From Massilibacillus sp. (GTDB taxonomy: Bacteria; Bacillota; Negativicutes; JARBTT01): a DNA stretch of 60,071 bases. Shown here piece by piece: positions 35,681 through 44,307 of this stretch (position 1 is its first letter; the number at the start of each line of letters is the position of its first letter). The position numbers were made by a program, and so were the translations under genes. The notes beneath the pieces are model-generated. The model did no database searches. It saw only the letters and a program-made list of their open reading frames with translations, and was not told where the DNA came from. The stretch spans positions 1 through 60,071 of the forward strand of contig JARBTT010000001.1 of NCBI GenBank assembly GCA_029240055.1. Reading direction: 5' to 3'.

Positions 35681-35735
35681 AAGAAGGCTATGAAATTATG
35701 AGTGATCTCATGATTTCATAGCCTTCTTCTTTTCT
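35681..35735. terminator. Bidirectional terminator with a ~22-bp stem downstream of the AI-2E transporter gene
   Basis: AAGAAGGCTATGAAATTATGAG-tgat-CTCATGATTTCATAGCCTTCTT followed by a T-rich run. Confidence 0.8.
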
Positions 35736-35774
35736 TTCATTTTGTTTTATAGTTTAGTATAGTTTAGCTTCGTT

Positions 35775-36779
35775 TTATATAGTTGTAGAGTGATTATGAA
35801 AGAGATCTTCTAATACTATTTTAATAATTACCATACGGGGCACAGCGAGGAACATCCCAAGAGCTCCTAGTATTTGTCCACCAAATAATATGCCAAGCAT
35901 GATGGCAATTGGATGGAGGTTTAATGACTTGCCGATCAAATATGGGTAAACAATATTATGATTGACTTGCGTTAAAATGATGTAAAAGCAGAGTGTTTGC
36001 AGGCCGAGTGAAGTTAATTGGGTTACTGCAAATAAAGATCCTGAAAGGGAAGCAACGGTTGGCCCGACAACAGGAATCAACTCACCAATCGCTGATAAGA
36101 CTGCAAAAACTGAAGCATAGGGAAGATCGCAAACTGTAAAATAGGTAAAAACCAAAAATCCAGTGATGACACAAATTGCTAGTTGACCTCGGACATAGTT
36201 AATCAAAGCTCCAATAATAGTATCAAATAGTTTATGTATTCTAGCCTTATCTTTTTGGGGAAATAAATTAGCTAAGTACTCTTTGATTTCTTTACCGTCT
36301 TTTAGAAGATAGAAAGTAATGAAAATAACCATGATCATGTCCATTGCCTTACTAAAAATATTAATCAAAATTTCGAGTGAAGAACGAAGCGTGGTAACAC
36401 TAAGACTAGCAAATCCTTTGAAAGCATCTTCTAATTGCGTTGTTAAAGTCGTCGGAAGATTGAGTAAAGGAATGTTTTTTAAACTCTCAGCGATACTAGG
36501 AATATCAGCAATAAAGTTTGAAAATGTCGGAATGAAAGTTTTTGAGATTGTAACCAGTAGCCAAATGACCAAGGCAAGGAAAGTAAATAGTGTAACGATT
36601 GCTGCAATGATGCGGGGAACTTTTTTTGTTAAAAGTTTATCGACAATTGAATTTAGTAATATCGTCAACAATAAAGAACAAAAAATGACGATTGCTAATG
36701 GTTGTACAAACCAGAACATAGAAAATAGTATCGTAAAGCTAAGACTTACTAAGATAGATGTTTGATGTTTTGACCACAT
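35775..36779 (-). CDS. AI-2E family transporter (PerM/UPF0118)
   Basis: Polytopic ~334 aa with the conserved C-terminal region (IPVVGP..., LHPIAIMLGILFGGQILGALGMFLAVP). Start at ATG 36779, 5 nt after GGAGG. Confidence 0.85.
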   Translation of the reverse strand: MWSKHQTSILVSLSFTILFSMFWFVQPLAIVIFCSLLLTILLNSIVDKLLTKKVPRIIAAIVTLFTFLALVIWLLVTISKTFIPTFSNFIADIPSIAESLKNIPLLNLPTTLTTQLEDAFKGFASLSVTTLRSSLEILINIFSKAMDMIMVIFITFYLLKDGKEIKEYLANLFPQKDKARIHKLFDTIIGALINYVRGQLAICVITGFLVFTYFTVCDLPYASVFAVLSAIGELIPVVGPTVASLSGSLFAVTQLTSLGLQTLCFYIILTQVNHNIVYPYLIGKSLNLHPIAIMLGILFGGQILGALGMFLAVPRMVIIKIVLEDLFHNHSTTI

Positions 36780-36950
36780 ATGAGCCTCCAATGTTTTGAT
36801 AAAAATATAATGTTCATTTTTAAATTATGCTAAACATTATACCTTTATTTGGTCTTAATTGATAGTTGTTTTATCCATAGTGAAGCCTTTTATTAGAAAA
36901 TGTAATAGAAAAAGATAATGATTGCAGGAAAAATTTTTAAAATCCCACTT

Positions 36951-36983
36951 GAATGTATTTTGTATACATGATACAATACATTC
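36951..36983. promoter_or_regulatory. Inverted repeat GAATGTATT-N15-AATACATTC enclosing TTGTATACAT, upstream of aspA
   Basis: Arms at 36951-36959 and 36975-36983; TTGTATACAT at 36960-36969, the same 10-mer as upstream of DAACS copy 1. Confidence 0.45.
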
Positions 36984-37078
36984 ATAAGGTAATGAAAACA
37001 TAAACAATATAAATAGCCAATAAAATTCATAATATTCAAAAACGAATATAATAAGAAACATTTTAGGGGGAAATAATA

Positions 37079-38482
37079 ATGAGATTAGAACATGATTTTT
37101 TAGGTGAATTAGAAGTACCAGACGCAGCATATTATGGGGTACAAACAATAAGAGCAATGGAAAACTTTAGTATTACAGGTGAAAAATTAGATAAAGATTT
37201 CATCATTGCAATGGCAACTGTTAAAAAAGCTGCAGCACTTGCAAATATGAAAACTGGTCGTTTAGAAGAAAAAATCGGTAAAGCACTTGTTAAAGCCGCT
37301 GATGAAGTGATCGCTGGTAAATTGCATGATCAATTCCCAGTTGACCCAATCCAAGGTGGTGCAGGTACTTCCGTTAATATGAATACAAATGAAGTTCTAG
37401 TTAATAGAGCTCTTGAACTTATCGGCGAAGCAAAAGGTAGTTATGATATCATTTCTCCAAACAACCATGCTAACATGGCGCAATCTACAAATGACTCTTT
37501 CCCTACAGGAATTAAAGTATGTGTCATTCATAAAAGCAAACCATTAATCGCAGCGTTGAATCGTTTAGTAGATGAATTAGATAAAAAAGCTTTAGAATAT
37601 AAAGATATCTTAAAAATGGGTCGTACACATTTACAAGATGCAGTGCCTATTACTTTAGGACAAGAAATGGCTTCTTATGCCTCATCCATTCGTCGTGGTA
37701 TTAAACGTATTGAATTTGCTGTAGATGGCGTTCATACAATCAACATGGGAGCAACTGCTGTTGGTACTGGCTTAAATGCAGAACCTGAATATATTAAAGA
37801 AGTTGCAAAACAATTATCCAAAATCACTGGTGAACACTTCGAAACAGCAACTAACTTAATTGATGCTACGAATAATACAGATGCTTTTGCGGATGTTTCC
37901 TCTGGCTTAAAAGTAACCGCTTTGGTATTAATAAAAATGGCAAATGATTTCCGCTTAATGGCTTCCGGACCTCGTTGTGGTCTTAACGAATTAAAATTGC
38001 CAGCTCGTCAACCAGGTTCATCCATCATGCCAGGTAAAGTAAATCCTGTTATGGCAGAAGTACTTAACCAAACTTGTTACCAAGTAATCGGTAATGATGT
38101 AACGATTAGCTTAGGTGTAGAAAATGGACAATTTGAATTAAACGTAATGGAACCTGTTATTGCTTTTAACTTATTTAACTCCATGCGTTATTTAACAAAT
38201 GTAGTAAATAATTTCGTTGATAACTTAATGATCAATTTACAAGCTAATAAAGAACAATGCGCATATTGGTTAGACCGTAGTGTTGGTGTTGTAACTGCAC
38301 TTTTACCACATATCGGCTACGAAAATTCCTCCATGCTTGCTAAAGAAGCATATGCTACTGGTAGACCAATTCGTGAAATCATTCTTGAAAAAGGCTTATT
38401 AACAAAAGAAGCAATGGATCATATTCTTTCTCCAGAAGAAATGACACATCCAGGTATCGCTGGTAGCGACTTACTAAAATAA
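37079..38482 (+). CDS. aspA: Aspartate ammonia-lyase
   Basis: 467 aa. N-terminus MRLEHDFLGELEVP..YYGVQT.RA.ENF.I.G and class-II lyase signature GSSIMPGKVNP. Confidence 0.9.
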   Translation: MRLEHDFLGELEVPDAAYYGVQTIRAMENFSITGEKLDKDFIIAMATVKKAAALANMKTGRLEEKIGKALVKAADEVIAGKLHDQFPVDPIQGGAGTSVNMNTNEVLVNRALELIGEAKGSYDIISPNNHANMAQSTNDSFPTGIKVCVIHKSKPLIAALNRLVDELDKKALEYKDILKMGRTHLQDAVPITLGQEMASYASSIRRGIKRIEFAVDGVHTINMGATAVGTGLNAEPEYIKEVAKQLSKITGEHFETATNLIDATNNTDAFADVSSGLKVTALVLIKMANDFRLMASGPRCGLNELKLPARQPGSSIMPGKVNPVMAEVLNQTCYQVIGNDVTISLGVENGQFELNVMEPVIAFNLFNSMRYLTNVVNNFVDNLMINLQANKEQCAYWLDRSVGVVTALLPHIGYENSSMLAKEAYATGRPIREIILEKGLLTKEAMDHILSPEEMTHPGIAGSDLLK

Positions 38483-38522
38483 TATTGTTTTTCCATAAAA
38501 TCACATAGATATAAACCCCAAA

Positions 38523-38556
38523 AAACAGCTGTTAGCATTTTGCTAACAGCTGTTTT
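38523..38556. terminator. Terminator hairpin after aspA (AACAGCTGTTAGCA-tttt-GCTAACAGCTGTT)
   Basis: 13-14-bp perfect arms preceded by A5, with a short T-run after. Confidence 0.7.
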
Positions 38557-38557
38557 G

Positions 38558-38705
38558 CTTGTAGACAAACTATGGACAGACAGGCCGCGGGTTGATGATA
38601 AGCACTTCTCACCAACCGGCAACCTATCTTCGTACTAGTTTACAAGTGGAATGGATTTTGTTGTTTTCTGTTCACCGACATCAATATTTTTATTTTGCCT
38701 ACAGT
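38558..38705 (+). repeat. Element A: ~148-bp short copy of the terminator-associated structured repeat family
   Basis: Shares long runs with 50464-50706 (ATGGACAGACAGGC..., GCACTTCTCACCAACCGGCA.CCTATCTTCGT.CTAGTTTA.AAGTGGAA.GGATTT, AT-rich tail ...CGACAT.AATATTTTATTTTG). Termini CTTGTAGACAAA and TTTTGCCTACAG are imperfectly inverted. Flanked by AAACAGCTGTTAG on both sides (38523-38535 and 38708-38720). Confidence 0.65.
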
Positions 38706-38723
38706 CTAAACAGCTGTTAGTAT

Positions 38724-39596
38724 TTATTTTAATAAAGCTTGGTGAGCATTTGCCAATAATTGATGAACCACTTCTTGTGGTGAATAGCCTTCAGCATTAT
38801 TAAAAATTTCAGTACCACATACGAAAAATTCACTACCTAAGTTTACTGCTATGCCAATTGTTTTGGTTGTAATACCACCTTGAATTTGGATTGTTCCAGG
38901 GAATTGCCTACCAATAAAATTGATGTATTCTATAGAATTTTTATCGAAGTGTGGGTTCGTAATATGATCGGACCGCATGCCTGTTGTTGCTAATTGAAAA
39001 GTTAACATGCCTATTTTATCAAAAAAAGGAGAAAGAAATTGTAAAATAGTTTCTTTGTTTGATGGAGTAAAATTTTCGCTGCCAACAGTTTCTATGACAG
39101 GGCTGACACAAGCATCAATAGATAAGATTAGGTCAATAATTTTTGCTAATTCATTTTGGATTTTAATAACTTCTAATTGAAAGCAAATAGCACCCAGGTT
39201 TATGTGTTTTATCTCTAAAAGATGTTTTTCAATATGATTGGTAAGCAAATGTACATTAAGTAGTACATCGTGGGGAGTACTTAGATCATATAGTTTTTCT
39301 AAAAATTCCGGTGTGAAAATATGAGAATTAACGCTGGGTGGGTGAATACCAAAATGTTTGTAGTCATCAAAGTTGATATCAATATGTAAAGTGTGAAGGT
39401 TACCTTTGCTAATCAAATCTTTCGCAATGTTGAGTACTTTTTGTTGGGTATAGGCTGTGTTTTCAAGAGTATCTATAGTATCCAAAATAGTGATTAAAGC
39501 AGGATTTATTTTGATGACAGTACCCTTGGCAATATCCTCTTTAGAAAAATTTTTTAGTGATGATTTGTGATAAAAAGACTTTCCGATATTTGCCAT
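38724..39596 (-). CDS. Divergent ribulose-phosphate-3-epimerase-like TIM-barrel protein of unknown function (downstream of folT)
   Basis: 290 aa. Segment order mirrors Rpe: LHIDINFDD (cf. HFDVMDNH), LNVHLLT (cf. DVHLMV), ICFQLE (cf. ITFHPE), MLTFQLATTG (cf. LLMSVNPGFGG), IQIQGGI (cf. LEVDGGV), FFVCGTEIF (cf. FVAGSAIF). RBS AAGGAG. Confidence 0.5.
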   Translation of the reverse strand: MANIGKSFYHKSSLKNFSKEDIAKGTVIKINPALITILDTIDTLENTAYTQQKVLNIAKDLISKGNLHTLHIDINFDDYKHFGIHPPSVNSHIFTPEFLEKLYDLSTPHDVLLNVHLLTNHIEKHLLEIKHINLGAICFQLEVIKIQNELAKIIDLILSIDACVSPVIETVGSENFTPSNKETILQFLSPFFDKIGMLTFQLATTGMRSDHITNPHFDKNSIEYINFIGRQFPGTIQIQGGITTKTIGIAVNLGSEFFVCGTEIFNNAEGYSPQEVVHQLLANAHQALLK

Positions 39597-39676
39597 AATC
39601 TTTTCTCCTTTAATATCATTTGTATTTATTTTATTAAGAAATTAAAAGACATTTAGGCAGTTAAAATATAAAGAAT

Positions 39677-40195
39677 TTATTTTATATTCATAATACTGGA
39701 AATTTTGTGATGAAAAACTGCTTTGCAAACAGTGTAAATGATACTAAATTGAATTGGCAGCATAATTGCACCTTTGATGAGCCGACTAATGAAAAAAGCT
39801 TGCGCGGCCTTTTGATATAAAGTACATAGCCATAAGGTATTTAAAAACAAATCAATTAATATAAATATAATGGTGCTGGCAAAGATGATTTTAGTTAAAG
39901 TTATTTTTTTATTGTAAAAAAAATAACCGTAAATCAAACCAGAAAGAAAAGCACTTACGGTAAATCCCGGAAAATATAATCCGGGAGAAAAAATCAAACA
40001 ACCGAGGAAATCGGAAAGTGCTGCCATACAAGCACCTTTTATTGGACCAAACAGCATTGAAAACAAGGCCACTGGTAAAAAGCCAAAACTAATGCGGATA
40101 AAAGGAGTTTGAATGGCAAAAACATGCGTAAAAATAATAGTTAAAGAAATAAAAATTGCTGTAAAAACAATGGTTTTTACATTAACATAATTCAT
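39677..40195 (-). CDS. folT: Folate-family ECF transporter S component
   Basis: ~172 aa, 5-6 TM small integral membrane protein directly downstream of a THF riboswitch. Start at ATG 40195, 8 nt after GGAGG. Confidence 0.75.
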   Translation of the reverse strand: MNYVNVKTIVFTAIFISLTIIFTHVFAIQTPFIRISFGFLPVALFSMLFGPIKGACMAALSDFLGCLIFSPGLYFPGFTVSAFLSGLIYGYFFYNKKITLTKIIFASTIIFILIDLFLNTLWLCTLYQKAAQAFFISRLIKGAIMLPIQFSIIYTVCKAVFHHKISSIMNIK

Positions 40196-40254
40196 TAGGA
40201 ACACCTCCATAGTATAATTTTGCGTTGCTACATATCGAGGAGTCCTCTCTTATG

Positions 40255-40360
40255 TAACAGCGGGATGCAATACTTGTACCGCAAACTACCAACGTAGTTT
40301 TTCGTTCAGTGACAACTCCCCGTTCATCTGACACTTAACGCACAAGTATTTACTCTGCTA
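40255..40360 (-). promoter_or_regulatory. THF (tetrahydrofolate) riboswitch
   Basis: Minus-strand read: GCAGAGTAAATACTTGTGCGTTAAGTGTCAGATGAACGGGGAGTTGTCACTGAACGAAAAACTACGTTGGTAGTTTGCGGTACAAGTATTGCATCCCGCTGT. It contains the conserved AGAGUA, GCGUUAAGUG, GGGA, AACGAA, GCGG and UUGCAUCC.GCU blocks, and ATACTTGT pairs with ACAAGTAT. Confidence 0.9.
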
Positions 40361-40472
40361 TCTACTATTTAAAATTAGGGATAAACGCAGTTAAATCCTC
40401 TTTTTGTCGCTAAAAATAATTTTTGTCATGACGATCAAGAAGTGGAAATATAACGTATAGAGGTGATACGTT

Positions 40473-42200
40473 TTGCGACGGGGTGTAGTCTTAAGAAGTG
40501 CGTGGCGATTGGGTAGAGACTACTTGTTTTCCAAGCAAAAATGGACGGCATGGAGTTTGTTACTTTTGGTTGTCTGTTTTAATTTGTTATTGGTATACAT
40601 TACTGTACAAATTAATTTATGGCAGGCAACGTTTTATAATATTATTCAATCCCATAATCAAGCGGGTTTTATTGAAGCAATTGGTTTCTATGCGCTCCTT
40701 GCTGTGATTTTAGTTGCAGTAAAAGGTAGTCAAACTTACTTTCGGCTGCTACTCCATATCAATTGGCGGCAGTGGCTGACCGATAAATATCTCTCATATT
40801 GGCTGAAAAATAAAATTTATTATCGGCTGCAACTTTATGGTGGTCATGATGCGGATAATCCAGACCAACGAATTAGTGAGGATGTAGACTTATTTGTGGC
40901 GTTAACTTTGCGCTTGTCCTTAGAATGTATGCAGGATGTTCTAACGGTGTGTTCTTTTATCGTGATTTTGTGGAATATTTCAGAGGTTATTACGATTTCC
41001 ATCGGAACGATAGAGTTTCCGATTTATGGCTATCTCGTTTGGGCGGCACTTTTCTATGCAATGGTTGGTACTTATTTTACAGTAAGGATTGGGACACCAC
41101 TCATAAAATTAGATTACGATCAACAAAAATATGAAGCAGATTTTCGTTATAGTCTGGTTCGGGTACGTGAATATGCGGAAAGTATTGCACTATACGGTGG
41201 AGAAAGTGCCGAGCGGTTTAATTGTCTAAAGCATTTTCAATATCTTGTCTATAACTTCAAAGAAATTATTCAGATTCGTAAAAAGTTGGTATGGCTAACA
41301 ACTGGGTATGCGCATGCGGCAGTGATTTTTGCAATTTTTGTTGCATCACCACGGTATTTTAGTGGCAAGATTACCCTTGGTCATATGTTTCAGATTATCG
41401 ATGCCTTCAATCATGTGCAATCGGGAATGTCGTTTATTATTGATAGTTTTACGCGCGTTGCCCAATGGCGTGCCGTTGTAAATCGACTCAATAATTTTAT
41501 TGTTTGTATGGAGTTTGCGGAGAAACAAGGTGAAAAAAGCGTACTGCAAGGTCGCGGCAGCAATAATTCAAATCGTAGTTTGGCACTGCAGCAAGTCGAA
41601 GTAGAAAAACCAGATGGGCAAGTACTGATCAAAAATTTAAATTTTACTTTGCAAGCAGGGAATCGTTTGCTCATTACAGGACCGTCAGGGTGTGGTAAAA
41701 GTACTTTGATTCGCACTTTAGCGGGATTGTGGATTTATGCGAAGGGAAATGTCATAGCCCCGCAAAGTGAGCAGAGTTTGTTTGTGCCACAAAAACCTTA
41801 TATGCCGATTGATACCTTGCGTAAAGCACTGATTTATCCTTATTTAAACTATACTGTAAGCGATAAAGAATTGGTCGAAACGTTAACGCTGTGTCGTATT
41901 AGTTATCTTGCCGCGCGCTTAGAAGAAGTCGGGGACTGGGGCAAATTTCTTTCGTTAGGAGAGCAGCAACGGATTGCCTTTGTCCGCATCTTACTTCAGC
42001 AACCAGCGTGGTTATTTTTAGATGAAGCAACTTCGGCACTTGATGATGACAATCAAACGTTAATGTATAGCTTAGTGATCAAAAAGATGCCCAACACTGT
42101 CATTGTAAGTGTTGGGCATCGCAAGAGTATCGCCGATTATCATAATTGCAAGTTAGTACTAGATGGAGCGGGTGGCTGGACCCTGCATAAGGGGACCTAA
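40473..42200 (+). CDS. Fused ABC transporter permease/ATPase of the SbmA/BacA-YddA type
   Basis: 575 aa. N-terminal TMD with the WQATFYN..Q motif typical of the SbmA/BacA fold. Walker A GPSGCGKST, signature LSLGEQQR, Walker B LFLDEATSALD. TTG start after AGAGGTGA. Confidence 0.85.
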   Translation: MRRGVVLRSAWRLGRDYLFSKQKWTAWSLLLLVVCFNLLLVYITVQINLWQATFYNIIQSHNQAGFIEAIGFYALLAVILVAVKGSQTYFRLLLHINWRQWLTDKYLSYWLKNKIYYRLQLYGGHDADNPDQRISEDVDLFVALTLRLSLECMQDVLTVCSFIVILWNISEVITISIGTIEFPIYGYLVWAALFYAMVGTYFTVRIGTPLIKLDYDQQKYEADFRYSLVRVREYAESIALYGGESAERFNCLKHFQYLVYNFKEIIQIRKKLVWLTTGYAHAAVIFAIFVASPRYFSGKITLGHMFQIIDAFNHVQSGMSFIIDSFTRVAQWRAVVNRLNNFIVCMEFAEKQGEKSVLQGRGSNNSNRSLALQQVEVEKPDGQVLIKNLNFTLQAGNRLLITGPSGCGKSTLIRTLAGLWIYAKGNVIAPQSEQSLFVPQKPYMPIDTLRKALIYPYLNYTVSDKELVETLTLCRISYLAARLEEVGDWGKFLSLGEQQRIAFVRILLQQPAWLFLDEATSALDDDNQTLMYSLVIKKMPNTVIVSVGHRKSIADYHNCKLVLDGAGGWTLHKGT

Positions 42201-42249
42201 AATAGCAGTAAGATCAGAGTAAGAAACTTTGATCTTACTGCTATTTTTC
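42199..42249 (+). terminator. Intrinsic terminator after the ABC gene
   Basis: AAATAGCAGTAAGATCA...TGATCTTACTGCTATTT followed by a T-run. Confidence 0.8.
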
Positions 42250-42355
42250 TCTATGGTAACATTTACCGATAGTTATTGACTGACCAGACAGTTATAATAA
42301 AAGCGTGCTAGCACTACATAATAAGTACTTAATAAGATCGAAAGTAGGTTTTAGA

Positions 42356-42811
42356 ATGAAAAAAATTACAAAGAAAATAGTCGTATGGGGTATGATGGCT
42401 TGTTTTAGCGTAGCGGCTGTCCCAGCAACAGGATTTGCGGAGCATAATAATCATGAACAACACGGTAGATATGACAAAAAACATGATAGTAGATATGAAC
42501 ATCGTCGTGATCGTATTGTTATGGATCGTATTCATGTTGAAGAGTATCACATGAATTTTCTACGCGAAAATAATTTAACATTACGTGATCTTATTACAGC
42601 GAAAAAAATTGCTGATGTAAGTGGTCGTTTGAGTACGGAAGATGTTTTACGTATGAAATTAAGCGGTAAAAGCTATAAATCCATCGCTCGTAAATATGAT
42701 GTTTATTGGCGTAAAGTCGACCGAGACGTTGACAACATATATCGTGATATGAGAAGTGATACTGTGAAACTAGGTATTGTTCTATGGGCATTAGATGAAG
42801 TGTTGAGATAG
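42356..42811 (+). CDS. Secreted hypothetical protein with a His/Arg/Asp-rich N-terminal segment
   Basis: Signal peptide MKKITKKIVVWGMMACFSVAAVPATGFA, then EHNNHEQHGRYDKKHDSRYEHRRDR. No family recognised. Confidence 0.5.
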   Translation: MKKITKKIVVWGMMACFSVAAVPATGFAEHNNHEQHGRYDKKHDSRYEHRRDRIVMDRIHVEEYHMNFLRENNLTLRDLITAKKIADVSGRLSTEDVLRMKLSGKSYKSIARKYDVYWRKVDRDVDNIYRDMRSDTVKLGIVLWALDEVLR

Positions 42812-42812
42812 A

Positions 42813-43976
42813 CTACCTCTTTGCTAAATTAATGGCACTTCTGGTCATGAGTTCCATGCCGTGGAGAATGCAGGTTTCGTTGATATCAAATTTCGGATGG
42901 TGATGTGGATAGGTGATGGTGTCTGTACCTGTGCCGATAAAGAAAAATGCGCCGGGCACTTCTTGGAGGTAATAGGAAAAGTCTTCACCACACATCACTG
43001 GTGGGATTATTTCTGCTTTGATTTTGCTACCACATTCTGTAACGGTTGCTTCAATGACCTTTGCATAACTTTCGTGGTTCACAATTGCAGGATGGCCCAT
43101 TAAAGTTTCGAGCTGACAGGTAGCATTGTTTGCAAGACACATACCTTTGCTGATTTCATCAATGCGGGCAAATGCCTGTTCACGGATTTTTTGGTCGAAG
43201 GTGCGAACAGTGCCTTCGACCATTGCCGTTTCTGGGATGATGTTAAATACATTGCCAGCGTGAATTGCACCAACGGATACAACTGCTAGGCCAAGGGGAT
43301 CAATATTGCGGCTAACGATGGTATTAAGGGCGATAACGGTTTGGGCGGCGATTAAGATCGGATCAACGGTTTGATGGGGCATGGAACCATGCCCGCCTTT
43401 TCCTTTGATCGTGATTTTGAATTTATCTGGTGCTGCCATCAAATTACCGTAGGAAATGCCGATGGTGCCAAACGGAACTGGCTGCCAAATATGCGCGCCG
43501 ATAATCGCATCGACATCTTTTAAGGCGCCAGCTGCAATCATTGCTGCAGCACCGCTAGGAAACTCTTCTTCGTTGGGTTGAAAGATAAAACGATAGGTAC
43601 CAGTTAGCTCCGATTTCATTTCAACAAGCATTTTTATCGTACCGAGTAGTACCGCCATATGACCATCGTGGCCACATGCGTGGCAAGCACCATGATTTTG
43701 TGATTGATACTCGGTATTGCATTCATCGACGATTGGCAAGGCATCAATATCAGCGCGAATCGCAATGGTCTTGCCAGGCAGTGCGCCTTTTAATTCAGCG
43801 ATAACGCCCGTGGTAGCTTTGACTTCTGGTTGTAAACCAAGTTTTTTTAGTTCTTCAATAATATGTTTTTGGGTGTTGTATTCTTTGTCGCTGATTTCCG
43901 GATAGGTATGGAAATAACGGCGTAAACTTACTGCCCATTCATGATGTTTTTGTGCTAATTTATAGATATCAGTCAT
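42813..43976 (-). CDS. M20D-family amidohydrolase (N-acyl-amino-acid amidohydrolase / hippuricase-like)
   Basis: 387 aa. Motifs IAIRADIDALP, HACGHDGH, GGHGSMPH. Confidence 0.85.
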   Translation of the reverse strand: MTDIYKLAQKHHEWAVSLRRYFHTYPEISDKEYNTQKHIIEELKKLGLQPEVKATTGVIAELKGALPGKTIAIRADIDALPIVDECNTEYQSQNHGACHACGHDGHMAVLLGTIKMLVEMKSELTGTYRFIFQPNEEEFPSGAAAMIAAGALKDVDAIIGAHIWQPVPFGTIGISYGNLMAAPDKFKITIKGKGGHGSMPHQTVDPILIAAQTVIALNTIVSRNIDPLGLAVVSVGAIHAGNVFNIIPETAMVEGTVRTFDQKIREQAFARIDEISKGMCLANNATCQLETLMGHPAIVNHESYAKVIEATVTECGSKIKAEIIPPVMCGEDFSYYLQEVPGAFFFIGTGTDTITYPHHHPKFDINETCILHGMELMTRSAINLAKR

Positions 43977-44085
43977 ATATAGATCAGTCCTTTATTTTGA
44001 TGATTCATTACAGTATATTCTTATCATTTTAATATAATTGTAGTAAAGTTACAAATAATATTAAAAATACATGGGAGTTAGAGTA

Positions 44086-44146
44086 AAATATCCGCTCATG
44101 AGGCAACGAATAAACCGTGTTGCACTCTTGCGCGGATATTTTTTTG
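44086..44146 (+). terminator. Orphan terminator-like hairpin inside a divergent intergenic region (possible short sRNA or leader)
   Basis: AAATATCCGC (44086-44095) pairs with GCGGATATTT (44132-44141), followed by T7. Inner stem GAG-GCAAC...GTTGC-a-CTC. A separate promoter TTGCAA-17-TAGAAT (44205-44233) for the aminopeptidase gene lies downstream of it. Confidence 0.4.
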
Positions 44147-44307
44147 TAAGGAAATTGTTTGTATAGAATTGAAAAAGGTTCGAACTACTTAATTTTCCAT
44201 GTGGTTGCAAAACTTTATATCTGAGTATAGAATAAATGCAGGTAAAGTATCATTTATTGGTATTTGTGTTATATTATATAGAAGTTTGATGCTAGGAGGA
44301 ATTTGTA

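Noticed and set aside
36855-37157. 100-aa minus-strand ORF spanning the aspA upstream region and start
   Set aside because: The Phe/Leu/Ile-rich translation is what AT-rich intergenic DNA produces. It overlaps the aspA start and RBS and has no SD.
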